From assembly GCA_965207885.1 (NCBI GenBank), contig OZ242311.1, forward strand, positions 3,360,001 to 3,424,000: DNA of 64,000 bases, written 5' to 3'. The notes under the pieces are model-generated. The model was given only the letters and a program-made list of their open reading frames with translations, was not told the DNA's origin and made no database searches. Within the stretch, counting starts at the first letter, position 1. Each line of letters begins with the position of its first letter. The translations under genes and the position numbers were made by a program. Positions 9,980 to 20,759 of the stretch are shown piece after piece. Source of the DNA: Candidatus Latescibacterota bacterium (GTDB lineage Bacteria > Latescibacterota > UBA2968).

Positions 9980-11431
9980 ATGGCTCGCAACCTCCTCTTA
10001 ATCACCACCGATCAACAGCGCTGGGACAGCCTGCCCTGTTACGGCCTCGGCTTTATGCAAACTCCCAACCTCGACCGTCTTGCACTTGAAGGCATGGTAT
10101 TTGACCACTGCATTGTCCCCTCCCCTGTATGCGTACCTTGCCGCGCGTCCATCATGAGCGGGCAGTACCCCAGCGTAACCGGCGTGCTCGGCAATGGCAA
10201 CTGGTTACCCGATCACGTGCCGACCTGGCCGCACATCATTTCGCAGACTGGACGGCGCACCGCAGCCATCGGCAAAATGCACTTTCACCCCTGGGATTCT
10301 CTCCAGGGCTTTGACGAACGCATCATGGCCGAAGACAAACGGCACATATACCTGCCCGACCACCACGTACAATTTCTCGCTGCACACGGCCTTGACCGAC
10401 CACACCCCACCACATTGCCGGGTTATTACGAAAACATGGGCGCATCCATCACACCACACGAACGCAAATTTCACGTCGATGGCTTTGTCGGCGACCAGGC
10501 AACCGAATGGCTCCAACAAAATGGGAACGACCCCTTTGCCGCATGGGTCAGCTTTCCCGGACCACACGACCCGTACGATCCCCCAGAAGACATGGCCCTT
10601 ATGTATGCCGACGCGCCCATACCCGAACCAGTTGGCTCTGCAGAAGAACTCACCGACAAACCCCCCGCACAAAGAGACCGCGGCCGCGGCAGCCTGTCCA
10701 ACTCCATGTTTCGCCTGGATTATTCACAGGCCACGCCAGAACACTACCGCAAATGGCGCGAGCACTACTACGCCAACATCAGCCTGATAGACGAAGGAAT
10801 TGGCAAAATCATCGCCGCACTCGAAGCCCATGGCGTACTCGACGACACCCTCATCATCTTCACCAGCGATCACGGCGACGCACTGGGCGATCACGGCCTG
10901 CCCTTCAAAGGCTTCTTTTACGACTGCATGTCTCGCGTACCCCTCATCATTCGCGGTCCCGATGTCCCCGCCCATCAGCGCGCTCCGGGCCTTGTCAGCA
11001 TCATTGATCTCGTCCCACTCTTTTATCACGCCTGCGATACCGAACCGCCCGGCACACTTCAGGGAGAGGACATTCGCCGATTATTCAAAGACCCCACCGC
11101 GACCATCCGACAGGCCGCATTTTGCGAAATAGGCGGTCGCGCTATGGTGCGAACCGAACGCTACAAATACGCGCACTACGCCGATGGATCTGCCGAACTC
11201 TACGACCTCGAAAACGATCCCGATGAACTCGTCAACCGCGCGGGCGACGCGCAACTCTCCCATATTGAAAACGACCTCAAATCCCGCTTGCTCAAACACT
11301 GGATCGACAACCAGAAACACCAATCGAACTACGTCTCTGCCCCGCAATACTGGGTGCGAGAGGCACTTGAAGCCGATTACAAAAAACAACAGGAAGAAGG
11401 CGGAGATCTACGTTATAGACCGCTGTATTGA
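9980..11431 (+). CDS. Sulfatase (S1 family)
   Basis: GGAG RBS then ATG 9980; LITTDQQR, CVPCR, GKMH, SDHG. Confidence 0.93.
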   Translation: MARNLLLITTDQQRWDSLPCYGLGFMQTPNLDRLALEGMVFDHCIVPSPVCVPCRASIMSGQYPSVTGVLGNGNWLPDHVPTWPHIISQTGRRTAAIGKMHFHPWDSLQGFDERIMAEDKRHIYLPDHHVQFLAAHGLDRPHPTTLPGYYENMGASITPHERKFHVDGFVGDQATEWLQQNGNDPFAAWVSFPGPHDPYDPPEDMALMYADAPIPEPVGSAEELTDKPPAQRDRGRGSLSNSMFRLDYSQATPEHYRKWREHYYANISLIDEGIGKIIAALEAHGVLDDTLIIFTSDHGDALGDHGLPFKGFFYDCMSRVPLIIRGPDVPAHQRAPGLVSIIDLVPLFYHACDTEPPGTLQGEDIRRLFKDPTATIRQAAFCEIGGRAMVRTERYKYAHYADGSAELYDLENDPDELVNRAGDAQLSHIENDLKSRLLKHWIDNQKHQSNYVSAPQYWVREALEADYKKQQEEGGDLRYRPLY

Positions 11432-11443
11432 AAGGAGTTACCC

Positions 11444-12583
11444 TTGAAAATCACCGATGTCGAAACCATTCAATTCAAATATATCGCCAACACCGAACAG
11501 GACAGCGATGGACACGGGCATCCTGGTCCCGAGCGCGAAGCCGTTCAAACCCTGCTCAAAATTTCAACCGACGAAGACGTATCCGGATACTGGTTCGGTG
11601 CAAATGCACGGGTGATCAACAGCATGGTCAAACCAGAACTCATTGGCAAAGACCCCTTTATGCGCGAACAAATCTGGCACGACCTCAACCACCGCCAGCG
11701 CATCAACTCAGACACCATAACCGACAAAGTCATCATGTCCGTTGACCTCGCCCTCTGGGACCTGGCCGGGCGCGCGCTCAATCAACCCGTTTACAAATTG
11801 CTCGGCGGGTACCGCGACAAAGTACCCGCCTATGCATCTACCATGTGCGGCGACGACCTCGAAGGCGGTTTGGCCACGCCCGAAGACTATGCCCGCTTTG
11901 CCGAATGGTGTATGACACGTGGGTACCCCGCCTTCAAACTCCACACCTGGCAGCCCCCCTACGAAGGTGCCCCCAGTGTCAAACGCGACCTCGAAGCCTG
12001 CGCTGCCGTGCGCGAAGCCGTCGGCCCCGACGTACCCCTCATGCTCGACCCCTATCACTATTACGACCGCGAAGCCTCGCTTGCCCTGGCAAAAGGACTC
12101 GAAAAACTCGACTACTACTGGATGGAAGAACCCATGGACGAACACAGCATGTCGTCCTATGTCTGGCTCTGTGAACAAACGTCTTTACCGATATGTGGTC
12201 CCGAAACCTGCGAAGGAAAAATGTATGTGCGCGCTGAATGGATCAAAGCCGGAGCCTGCGACATTTCCCGCTGCGGCGTCGGCGATGTGGGCGGTCTGAC
12301 CCCCCTCATGAAAACCGTTCACCTGTGCGAATCCTTTGGCATGCGCTGCGAAATCCACGGAGGCGGTCCCGGCAATTTGCACGCCCTGTGCGCCATGACC
12401 AACGGCGAATTTTACGAACGCGGCCTCCTCCACCCCTTCATCGACTTCGATGAACAGGCGCCCTGGCTACACGAACACGGCGAACCCATGGATGACCAGG
12501 GATTTGTCCATGTTCCCCAGCGCCCGGGATTGGGCATGAACATCAACTGGAATTATATCGAAAAAAACAGGATCAGAATATAG
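11444..12583 (+). CDS. Mandelate racemase/muconate lactonizing enzyme family (enolase superfamily)
   Basis: AAGGAG RBS, TTG start; DLALWDL.G, KLH, MLD, WMEEP, GPE, EIH, PGLG. Confidence 0.9.
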   Translation: MKITDVETIQFKYIANTEQDSDGHGHPGPEREAVQTLLKISTDEDVSGYWFGANARVINSMVKPELIGKDPFMREQIWHDLNHRQRINSDTITDKVIMSVDLALWDLAGRALNQPVYKLLGGYRDKVPAYASTMCGDDLEGGLATPEDYARFAEWCMTRGYPAFKLHTWQPPYEGAPSVKRDLEACAAVREAVGPDVPLMLDPYHYYDREASLALAKGLEKLDYYWMEEPMDEHSMSSYVWLCEQTSLPICGPETCEGKMYVRAEWIKAGACDISRCGVGDVGGLTPLMKTVHLCESFGMRCEIHGGGPGNLHALCAMTNGEFYERGLLHPFIDFDEQAPWLHEHGEPMDDQGFVHVPQRPGLGMNINWNYIEKNRIRI

Positions 12584-12619
12584 GGATATTCCTACCCCCA
12601 ACCAAAACAGGAGAATTTT

Positions 12620-13780
12620 ATGGACAAAGTACGCATCGGCATCATCGGCATCGGCAACATGGGCAGTGGACATAGTCTTTATTTGCACCCGGGCGAGGTA
12701 TCCAATGCCGAACTAACCGCTATCTGCGACATAGATCCCGACCGCATCAAGTGGGCGCGCGAAAACCTGGGCGAGAATATTCGCACATTCGACAGTGCCG
12801 ATGATCTCATGGCTTCTGGAACCGTCGATGCCGTCATCGTCGCCACACCGCACTACCTCCATCCGCTACTGGCAATTCAGGCTATGAACAGCGGGTTGCA
12901 TGTACTCATTGAAAAGCCCGCAGGTGTTTATACAAAGCAGGTCGCAGAAATGAATGCTGTAGCTGAAAAAAGCGACCGCGTCTTTGGCCTCATGTTCAAC
13001 CAGCGCACCATAGGAGCGCACCAAAAACTCAAAGACCTGGTCGCATCGGGTGATCTGGGCGAAATTCAGCGTACGAACTACATCATCACCACCTGGTTCC
13101 GCTCGCAAAGTTATTACGACTCAGGCGGTTGGCGCGCGACATGGGAAGGCGAAGGCGGCGGCGTCTTAATGAACCAGTGTCCGCACAACCTCGATCTCTG
13201 GCAATGGATTTGCGGTATGCCTACCCGATGCAGGGCATTTGTCGGATTTGGCAAATACCACGATATCGAAGTCGATGACGAAGTCACCGCCTACGTGGAA
13301 TACGAAAATGGCGCAACAGGTGTATTCATCACCACAACGGGTGAAGCTCCCGGCACCAACCGTCTCGAAATCACTGGCGATCGCGGCAAAGTCGTCATGG
13401 AAGGTGGAAACATCACCTTCTGGCGCACACGCGAATCCGTCAGCAAATTCTGCAAAGAATACAAAGGCGGCTTTGGCAGCCCCGAATCCTGGAAATGCGA
13501 CATCCCCACGGGCAGCAGCGGCGAAGCCCATCGCGGCATCACGCAAAACTGGGTTGATGCCATACGCACGGGCAGTCCCCTCCTCGCACCTGGGGTTGAG
13601 GGAATCAAAGGCGTCGAACTCGCCAATGCCATGCTCTTATCCGCCTGGACAGACAACTGGGTTGATATCCCGGTTGACAGTGATCTCTTCTATGAAAAAC
13701 TCCAGGAAAAGATCAAAAATTCCAATACAACTAAAAGCGCAGAAGACAGCACCGTACTCGACGTATCCGAGACGTATTGA
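12620..13780 (+). CDS. Gfo/Idh/MocA family oxidoreductase
   Basis: IGIIGIGNMG, ATPHYLH, EKPAG, GGGVLMNQCPHNLD. Confidence 0.93.
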   Translation: MDKVRIGIIGIGNMGSGHSLYLHPGEVSNAELTAICDIDPDRIKWARENLGENIRTFDSADDLMASGTVDAVIVATPHYLHPLLAIQAMNSGLHVLIEKPAGVYTKQVAEMNAVAEKSDRVFGLMFNQRTIGAHQKLKDLVASGDLGEIQRTNYIITTWFRSQSYYDSGGWRATWEGEGGGVLMNQCPHNLDLWQWICGMPTRCRAFVGFGKYHDIEVDDEVTAYVEYENGATGVFITTTGEAPGTNRLEITGDRGKVVMEGGNITFWRTRESVSKFCKEYKGGFGSPESWKCDIPTGSSGEAHRGITQNWVDAIRTGSPLLAPGVEGIKGVELANAMLLSAWTDNWVDIPVDSDLFYEKLQEKIKNSNTTKSAEDSTVLDVSETY

Positions 13781-13783
13781 GAC

Positions 13784-13823
13784 AAAAAATTCGAGGGCCG
13801 ATTCTCAAGTAAAGAACCGACCC
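13784..13823 (-). terminator. Intrinsic terminator downstream of sixA
   Basis: Minus strand GGGTCGGTTCT-ttacttg-AGAATCGGCCC forms an 11-bp stem with G-U pairs, followed after 5 nt by T6. Confidence 0.65.
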
Positions 13824-13861
13824 CCACGCGGAAGCTGACTGAAGAATAAGTTACAGCCACG

Positions 13862-14350
13862 TCAAATCGACTTTGGCACCTCAAAAAACACCAGATCCCC
13901 CGATACCGCATCTGACCAATCATCAATCGGCAGATCAATACCTGCGACACCACACGTCGGCACATTGACAATAGCAGATCCCGTTAGTTCATTGACCAAT
14001 ACGGTCATATCCGGGTTGTGTCCTATTACCATAACCTCCCGATACCGATTATCGACCTCTCGAATCAAATCCAGCACATCCCCACTGTGCCCCGAATAAA
14101 TGCGCTCGTGCCATGCAATCCGTTTTTTAGAAAAATTGAGTGACTTGCGCAATCGCTTGACCGTAGATCGCACGCGTTTGGCCGTGCTACACAACAAGTA
14201 ATCTGGCTCGACCTTCCACGCCTGCTTCAGGTATTTGCCCATGCGCTTCGAATCCCTTCTTCCACGCTTGTTCAGGGGACGATCAAAATCAGCCAATCCG
14301 ACATAACTCCAATCCGACTTGGCGTGCCGCACGAGATAGAGCCGTTTCAT
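13862..14350 (-). CDS. sixA: SixA-like phosphohistidine phosphatase
   Basis: LVRHAKSDW, DFDRPLN.RG, IGHNP. Confidence 0.88.
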   Translation of the reverse strand: MKRLYLVRHAKSDWSYVGLADFDRPLNKRGRRDSKRMGKYLKQAWKVEPDYLLCSTAKRVRSTVKRLRKSLNFSKKRIAWHERIYSGHSGDVLDLIREVDNRYREVMVIGHNPDMTVLVNELTGSAIVNVPTCGVAGIDLPIDDWSDAVSGDLVFFEVPKSI

Positions 14351-14384
14351 AAAGTATTCTCCGTTAAGGTTTTACACACGTTGA

Positions 14385-14412
14385 AATATACGCAACCAAT
14401 GGGCTTTTACAA
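14385..14412 (-). promoter_or_regulatory. Putative sigma70-type promoter of sixA
   Basis: TTGTAA-N16-TATATT, 35 nt upstream of the start. Confidence 0.5.
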
Positions 14413-14420
14413 CTTAATCT

Positions 14421-16010
14421 TCACTTCGGAAGAATATAAAGTCTCAAGTCACTCGGCGGTGGGATCTCCTCCCGGGGCAGGTCCCGATTGCGCCCCAGTG
14501 TTTCCCAGCGCAAGAGATATCGCTCGCCGGGCCTTGTCCCCGACCCCCGCGCCCAACGCGTATTGATCCTCATACCCGGATACTGAGAAGTCACGCGCGC
14601 CAATTCTCTGGGGATCGCACTCGGGAGCGGCGGATACGTCCCGATCACTTGCATGGTTTGGGGATCCAGCTTCCAGATTCCCCGTCCTTCTTTCACATGT
14701 ATATAGCTCATACTCAATCCCCCATCGGATGCCACATTTACGCTACCCAACCGAATCTCTGCAATAATTGATCCACCCCCTCCAAATTCCCACCGATAGG
14801 TCCAATTGCTCACCTTGTACACAACCCATTCGCCGTATTCCAATCGCGCACAATAGGCTTGCGTATATCCATTTTCGTCGTGCTTGTGATAACTGATCAC
14901 CGGGCGTTTCTGATGATCAAAACCCAGCGACTGCGTCATATTGATCATCCCTCCCCTCGGCGGCACGGGATCGACGATAGCACCGCTTTCTATTGTAATC
15001 GGTAAATCCAACGCATCGCCGCTACCCGTTTCCCAGGCGACGAGGTCACGGCTGCGGGCATATGAGATATCGTGATTGGTTGCAGCATCGGGTGTGTCGC
15101 GCCACATCCAAATCATGTGGAACATTCCATCGGGACCTTTCTGGGGACTGCGCGCGTACGCATTCATCCGCCCTAACCCATCCAATAACGGCGTATCGTG
15201 CAATCTTCGCCATGTTCTGGTCTCAACATCGTAAATATTATAAAATTCAACCGCATTGCCACTACTGCCGTCTCGATACCTGAAAATCAATTCATTATTG
15301 GGACCGCGCATAAACACGGGATAAGTGCAGCGATCTTCATTTTGTCCCACCATCGAATCAATGCGCTCAAAACTCGTCACATCGAGTGGCCGCGTTGTGC
15401 GAAAATAAATCAGCGGATCCACATGCATATTCCCGCTCAGATGGATATGATCGTCGGTGTCAATAGCCATGGTCAGGTAATTGTGGGTGTCCCATCCGGT
15501 TTCCGACGACAGTCGGCCTCGATTTTCCAACCATACACCTCTGGGCTGTTCAAATGTCCACGTCTCTGCATCTAAATTTCTCATCCCCACCGTCATTTTG
15601 CGGTCGGCATCGTAAAATGCGACAAATTGTACATCGCCATAAGTCAACAGGTCAAAACTAACGGGATGTCCAGCCCATACCTTAGAGATAAATAACGAGC
15701 CGAGAATTTTCCTATTATCTACTGTCGGGGTCGCCCCCCCATTTGACGCGACTGTTTTGCCAAAATTTGCGGCAAAATGCAAAAAATCATCGAACCCGAT
15801 CTCGCCATCGCCATCCAGATCAAAACGATCTTCATACTTATCATCGCCCTGACGCGCCCCGAATTTGGCGACAAAGAGCAAAAAATCGGGAAAATCGACC
15901 ACGCCACTATTATCAAAATCTGGACTGGAGACTTGTTCTAATGCCACATTGGCCAGAAGGGGTTGGATCAGAAGCACGATGGATAGCAAGGCGAGGATAT
16001 GCCGACACAT
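14421..16010 (-). CDS. Secreted BNR_4 beta-propeller protein with N-terminal dockerin/EF-hand-like domain
   Basis: Signal peptide; duplicated DFDNSGVVDFPDF and DLDGDGEIGFDDF loops; WDTHNY...IHLSGNMH...TYPVF. Confidence 0.8.
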   Translation of the reverse strand: MCRHILALLSIVLLIQPLLANVALEQVSSPDFDNSGVVDFPDFLLFVAKFGARQGDDKYEDRFDLDGDGEIGFDDFLHFAANFGKTVASNGGATPTVDNRKILGSLFISKVWAGHPVSFDLLTYGDVQFVAFYDADRKMTVGMRNLDAETWTFEQPRGVWLENRGRLSSETGWDTHNYLTMAIDTDDHIHLSGNMHVDPLIYFRTTRPLDVTSFERIDSMVGQNEDRCTYPVFMRGPNNELIFRYRDGSSGNAVEFYNIYDVETRTWRRLHDTPLLDGLGRMNAYARSPQKGPDGMFHMIWMWRDTPDAATNHDISYARSRDLVAWETGSGDALDLPITIESGAIVDPVPPRGGMINMTQSLGFDHQKRPVISYHKHDENGYTQAYCARLEYGEWVVYKVSNWTYRWEFGGGGSIIAEIRLGSVNVASDGGLSMSYIHVKEGRGIWKLDPQTMQVIGTYPPLPSAIPRELARVTSQYPGMRINTRWARGSGTRPGERYLLRWETLGRNRDLPREEIPPPSDLRLYILPK

Positions 16011-16032
16011 GGCATCTCACTCCTATCGACAG

Positions 16033-16065
16033 AAAAAGGGCTTGCGATCCATATCACAAGCCCTT
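16033..16065 (-). terminator. Intrinsic terminator after tRNA-Leu
   Basis: AGGGCTTGTGAT-atgg-ATCGCAAGCCCT stem followed by a T run. Confidence 0.8.
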
Positions 16066-16074
16066 GCTTTTATG

Positions 16075-16161
16075 TGGTGCCGAAGAGGGGATTCGAACCC
16101 CTACACCCTTTCGAGTACTGCCCCCTCAAGACAGCGTGTCTACCAATTCCACCACTTCGGC
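16075..16161 (-). tRNA. tRNA-Leu(GAG)
   Basis: GCCGAAG..GGTAGAC..CTGTC-TTGAGGG-GGCAG, long variable arm, GGTTCGAATCC, CTTCGGC-A-CCA; 87 nt; follows secG. Confidence 0.97.
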
Positions 16162-16168
16162 ACAAAAT

Positions 16169-16561
16169 CTATGGCGTGGTACTGCCGGTATCGGCCGGTG
16201 CCGTTTGGGTTGTTCCTTCAGTGGGTGTGGTTTCCGGAAAGGTCAGAGGTTGAGGAATTTGCTGCATGGGCATCTGCCCTTCTTCCATTAACCGCTCAGC
16301 AGCCGTTGACGGCACAGAATCAGGCGAACGCCCCGCGTACCAAAGCCCGATACATGTCAGCGCAAAAATAATCCCCACATACGTCGTCACTTTTGCCAAC
16401 ATAGGCACGGCACCACCACCGCCAAACATCGATGTGCCACCACCACCCATACCGCCAAAAGCACCGCCGGACAGCCCACCACTTCTGCCGGGCTGCATCA
16501 AAATAACCAGAATGAGTACCGCACAAACTATCACATGAACAATCAAAAGAAAAATTTCCAT
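16169..16561 (-). CDS. secG: Preprotein translocase subunit SecG
   Basis: Two TM segments, ILMQ.G..GGL..AFGG; tpiA-secG-tRNA-Leu synteny. Confidence 0.95.
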   Translation of the reverse strand: MEIFLLIVHVIVCAVLILVILMQPGRSGGLSGGAFGGMGGGGTSMFGGGGAVPMLAKVTTYVGIIFALTCIGLWYAGRSPDSVPSTAAERLMEEGQMPMQQIPQPLTFPETTPTEGTTQTAPADTGSTTP

Positions 16562-16569
16562 ATCACCCT

Positions 16570-17325
16570 CTATATAGCCGCTTTCACAATAGCGGCAAAG
16601 TCATCGGCTTCCAACGAAGCCCCGCCGATCAATCCACCGTCGATATTGTCCTGCTCAAACAACTCCGCCGCATTATCTGGCTTCACAGACCCGCCGTATT
16701 GTATGAGAATCGCCTGCGCGACATCGTCGTCGTAAAGTTGAGCCACCACCTGGCGGAGAAACGCATGGACGGCCTCTGCCTGTTCCGGCGTCGCCGTCAG
16801 TCCCGTACCAATGGCCCAAACAGGCTCATAAGCCAGGGTAATCCCCTGCACTTCATCAGCGGAAACGCCATTGAGAGCACCCCGCGTTTGCTTCTCAACC
16901 ACCTGCTCAGTCACATCGCTCTGACGCTCATCAAAAGACTCGCCAATACACATAATAGGCTTCAATCCAGCACTCAGAGCTGCCTTTAAACGGCGGTTGA
17001 CAGTCGCGTCAGTTTCGCCAAAAAACTGCCGTCGTTCAGAGTGTCCTAATATAACGTATTCACAACCGCAAGTCAACAGCATGGGGGCCGAAACCTCACC
17101 CGTAAAAGCACCCTCAGCCTCCCAGTACATATTCTGAGCACCCAGCCCTACGCCAGTGCAGCACACCACACTTGAAACCCGTTCCAGCGCCGTAAAAGGC
17201 GGACATATTGCCACATCCACATCCGTCACATCCGAAACCGCATCCACCACGCATCGCGCAAGTATTTCTGCCTCATCCGGTGTTTTATTGAGCTTCCAAT
17301 TTCCCGCCACAAACGGCGTTCTCAT
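16570..17325 (-). CDS. tpiA: Triosephosphate isomerase
   Basis: AGNWK, GHSERR, AYEPVWAIGTG, YGGSV. Confidence 0.98.
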   Translation of the reverse strand: MRTPFVAGNWKLNKTPDEAEILARCVVDAVSDVTDVDVAICPPFTALERVSSVVCCTGVGLGAQNMYWEAEGAFTGEVSAPMLLTCGCEYVILGHSERRQFFGETDATVNRRLKAALSAGLKPIMCIGESFDERQSDVTEQVVEKQTRGALNGVSADEVQGITLAYEPVWAIGTGLTATPEQAEAVHAFLRQVVAQLYDDDVAQAILIQYGGSVKPDNAAELFEQDNIDGGLIGGASLEADDFAAIVKAAI

Positions 17326-17356
17326 TACAACTTCCTTTCAAAATTTGAACACGCAC

Positions 17357-18562
17357 CTATTCTTCCTCTTCCCTATCCGAAAGTGCCGCCACACCCGGCA
17401 GTGTTTGGCCTTCTAAAAACTCCAGCGACGCCCCACCCCCGGTCGAGACATGACTCAATTTTTCCGCCACGCCAAAATCTGCCATCGCAGCAGCAGTCTC
17501 CCCCCCGCCAACAATCGTCGTTGCACCGCGCTCAGTCGCCGTAACCAGTGCGCTGGCAACCGCACGCGACCCTTTTGAGAACGAGTGAATCTCGCACACC
17601 CCCAGAGGACCATTCCACACCACGGTTTTGGCACTTAAAACCACATCGGAAAATCGCTTCCGCGTCTCGATTCCGATATCAAACCCCTCCAAATCTGCTG
17701 GAATTTGATCTCGCGGCACTATCTGAGCAGATACCCCCTCCGTCATCTCTGCTGCCACAACCGTATCGGTTGGCAATATCAGATCGACATCTTCGGTCTC
17801 GGCGCGTTTGAGCAAATGGGTAGCGACTCCAACGCGATCTTCTTCTAACAACGACTTCCCAATTTCCAGGCCCATCGCCTTAAAAAACGTAAACGCCATA
17901 CCACCGCCAATAAGCAGGGTATCTACTTTTGAAAACAAATTTTCAATCACATCAATTTTACCAGAAATTTTTGCCCCGCCCATAATCGCGACATAAGGAC
18001 GCGCCGGATCGGCCAACGCCGTGCCCAGATACTCCAATTCTTTCTGCAACAACAAACCCGCAGCGCATTCAACAAAATAATGGGTAACGCCCTCAGTAGA
18101 GGCATGCGCGCGATGGGCACTGCCAAAGGCATCGTTGACATATACATCGCCCAATTCCGATAATTGTGTGGCAAAACCCGGCGCATTTTTTTCTTCGTCG
18201 GCGTGAAAACGCAAATTTTCGAGCAACACAACCGAACCATCGGGCGCGCGTTTCACAAGTGAATTTGTTGCCTCGCCCACGCAGTCTGACGATAGAAGCA
18301 CCTCCCGTCCCAACAACACTTGAAGGACTTCAGCCACGGGTTTAAGCGATAACTCGGGCACAACCTCACCCTCGGGGCGACCCAGATGAGACATCAATAC
18401 GGGCTGTCCCCCCGCATCCAAAATGTGTCGGATCGTAGGTAAAGAAGCCCGCAAGCGCGTGTCATCTCCGACCTGTCCATCTTCAATGGGCACATTGAAA
18501 TCAACGCGCACCAGAACGCGCTTATCCCTCAAATCCAGGTCTGTAATCGACAACTTCGCCAC
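17357..18562 (-). CDS. pgk: Phosphoglycerate kinase
   Basis: RVDFNVP, SHLGRP, LLENLRF, STGGGASLEFLEG; GTG start at 18562 after GAGG. Confidence 0.98.
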   Translation of the reverse strand: MAKLSITDLDLRDKRVLVRVDFNVPIEDGQVGDDTRLRASLPTIRHILDAGGQPVLMSHLGRPEGEVVPELSLKPVAEVLQVLLGREVLLSSDCVGEATNSLVKRAPDGSVVLLENLRFHADEEKNAPGFATQLSELGDVYVNDAFGSAHRAHASTEGVTHYFVECAAGLLLQKELEYLGTALADPARPYVAIMGGAKISGKIDVIENLFSKVDTLLIGGGMAFTFFKAMGLEIGKSLLEEDRVGVATHLLKRAETEDVDLILPTDTVVAAEMTEGVSAQIVPRDQIPADLEGFDIGIETRKRFSDVVLSAKTVVWNGPLGVCEIHSFSKGSRAVASALVTATERGATTIVGGGETAAAMADFGVAEKLSHVSTGGGASLEFLEGQTLPGVAALSDREEEE

Positions 18563-18593
18563 ACCATCGCCTCTCAAAAGTCAAAATCAGCGA

Positions 18594-19631
18594 CTATTTT
18601 TCCATCTTTGCCAACTTCGCGATCAAATCCACACATCGGTTGGAATACCCCCACTCATTGTCGTACCATCCACACACCTTCACCATATTGCCATCCATCA
18701 CCGTGGTAATCATCGAATCGAAAATACAGGAATGGGCATTCCCCAGAATGTCGGCAGAAACAATGGGATCATCGGTATATTCCAGAATACCTTTCAAACG
18801 CCCCTGCGCAGCACACTCAAAGGCATTATTCACCTCTTCTGCTGTCACCTCTTTTTTTAGCACCGCGACAAAATCGGTAAATGAACCATCTGGCGTGGGA
18901 ACGCGCACGGCCATACCATCGAGTTTCCCATTGAGTTCGGGAATAACCAGCCCCACCGCACTCGCCGCGCCCGTCGTTGTCGGAATCATCGACAGGGCAG
19001 CAGACCGCGCACGGCGCATATCGGAATGGGGCGCATCAATAAGACTCTGATCGCCCGTATAAGAATGTATAGTGGTCATAAGCCCGTGGACAACGCCAAA
19101 AGAAGCGTGCAACACACTCACCATAGGCGCCAGACAATTCGTCGTACACGAGGCATTGGAAATGACCGCATCATCTTTTTGTAAAACACCGTCATTAATC
19201 CCCATCACCACAGTGGGCAAATCCCCTTTGGCGGGCGCAGAAATAATCACCTTTTTTGCACCTTTTTCTCCCAAATGGGCGCTCGCGGACTCTTTATCGG
19301 TAAAAAAGCCCGTCGATTCAATCACCACATCCACACCCAATGACCTCCATGGCAACTGTGCCGGATCTCGTTCGGACAAAACAGCTACCATTTTGCCATC
19401 TACCACAAGCGCGTCAACCGATGATTTTTCAACTTGCACGCCGTTTTCTCGATGTTTAACACACCCCGGATACCGTCCATGCGTCGAATCGTATTTGAGC
19501 AAATGCGCCAGACTGGCAGCATTGGTCAAATCGTTTACAGCCACCACATTGAGGCCCCGCGCCATCGCCGCGCGAAAAACCAACCGCCCAATCCGCCCAA
19601 ATCCATTGATCCCTACTCTCAGTCCTACCAT
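18594..19631 (-). CDS. gap: Type I glyceraldehyde-3-phosphate dehydrogenase
   Basis: [31 protein letters not shown]; GGAGG RBS then ATG 19631. Confidence 0.98.
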   Translation of the reverse strand: MVGLRVGINGFGRIGRLVFRAAMARGLNVVAVNDLTNAASLAHLLKYDSTHGRYPGCVKHRENGVQVEKSSVDALVVDGKMVAVLSERDPAQLPWRSLGVDVVIESTGFFTDKESASAHLGEKGAKKVIISAPAKGDLPTVVMGINDGVLQKDDAVISNASCTTNCLAPMVSVLHASFGVVHGLMTTIHSYTGDQSLIDAPHSDMRRARSAALSMIPTTTGAASAVGLVIPELNGKLDGMAVRVPTPDGSFTDFVAVLKKEVTAEEVNNAFECAAQGRLKGILEYTDDPIVSADILGNAHSCIFDSMITTVMDGNMVKVCGWYDNEWGYSNRCVDLIAKLAKMEK

Positions 19632-19648
19632 AATTTCCTCCAAATTCA

Positions 19649-20689
19649 TTATCCGAAAAATACTTTGGCAATATCGTAAAGGCCCATATCTACGGTGCGC
19701 AATTTCGACACGGCCTCTTTCAAGTTAATCGCAACAATATTTTGCCCTCGCAGCGCCACCATCTTGCCAAAATTGCCTGCCTGTATCAGATCAATTGCCG
19801 CAATTCCAAATCGCGTCCCCAACACCCGATCATACGCAGAGGGGCTACCTCCGCGTTGAATATGTCCCAGCACGGTTGCGCGACTTTCGTATCCGGTGCG
19901 CCGCTCAATTTCATCACTCAGCATATTGCCAATGCCCCCCAGGCGAACATGCCCGAATGCATCTTTTTCCTGAGATTGCAACACCATACTGTCATCGTCG
20001 AGCTTGGCACCTTCAGCAACCACGACAATACTAAATGTCTTGCCGCGGGCATGGCGTTTCCTGATGGTATCGCACACGTCATCCATATCAAATGGGACTT
20101 CCGGGATCAGAATCACATCTGCCCCCCCTGCAATACCAGCCTCCACGGCAATCCAACCGGCGTGGCGGCCCATAACCTCGACGACCATCACGCGGTTGTG
20201 AGATTCGGCCGTCGTGTGCAGGCGGTCAATCGCCTCCATCACAATATTAATCGCCGTATCAAAACCAAAGGTCTGGTCTGTGCCATCCAGGTCATTATCA
20301 ATGGTTTTGGGCACACCGACCACTTTGATACCCTGATCTGTGAGTTGATGAGCCACACCAAGCGTATCATCGCCCCCAATGGCAATCAACGCGTCCAGAC
20401 CCATTTTCTCCATCCCCGTTCGCACGAGCGCACCGCCATCTGCACCATCTTGATACGGATTTGTCCGCGACGATCCCAAAATTGTTCCACCGCGCGGCAA
20501 AATCCCCGAAACAGCATCCAAATCCAGAGGGACTGACAGCCCTTCAAGCATCCCTCGCCATCCCTCCTGCACGCCCGTCATGTCGTAATTATAAACCATA
20601 ATGCCTTTGCGTACAATCGCGCGGATTACCGCATTAAGACCTGGGCAATCGCCGCCACCTGTAAGTATGCCAACGCGTTTTACAGACAT
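19649..20689 (-). CDS. pfkA: 6-phosphofructokinase, probably PPi-dependent
   Basis: [36 protein letters not shown]. Confidence 0.95.
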   Translation of the reverse strand: MSVKRVGILTGGGDCPGLNAVIRAIVRKGIMVYNYDMTGVQEGWRGMLEGLSVPLDLDAVSGILPRGGTILGSSRTNPYQDGADGGALVRTGMEKMGLDALIAIGGDDTLGVAHQLTDQGIKVVGVPKTIDNDLDGTDQTFGFDTAINIVMEAIDRLHTTAESHNRVMVVEVMGRHAGWIAVEAGIAGGADVILIPEVPFDMDDVCDTIRKRHARGKTFSIVVVAEGAKLDDDSMVLQSQEKDAFGHVRLGGIGNMLSDEIERRTGYESRATVLGHIQRGGSPSAYDRVLGTRFGIAAIDLIQAGNFGKMVALRGQNIVAINLKEAVSKLRTVDMGLYDIAKVFFG

Positions 20690-20759
20690 AATATCTCCCT
20701 TACAAAATCACTATGATGAGCATAATCGCCTGAGTCTTTTAAAATTTCCAAAGGTTTGA

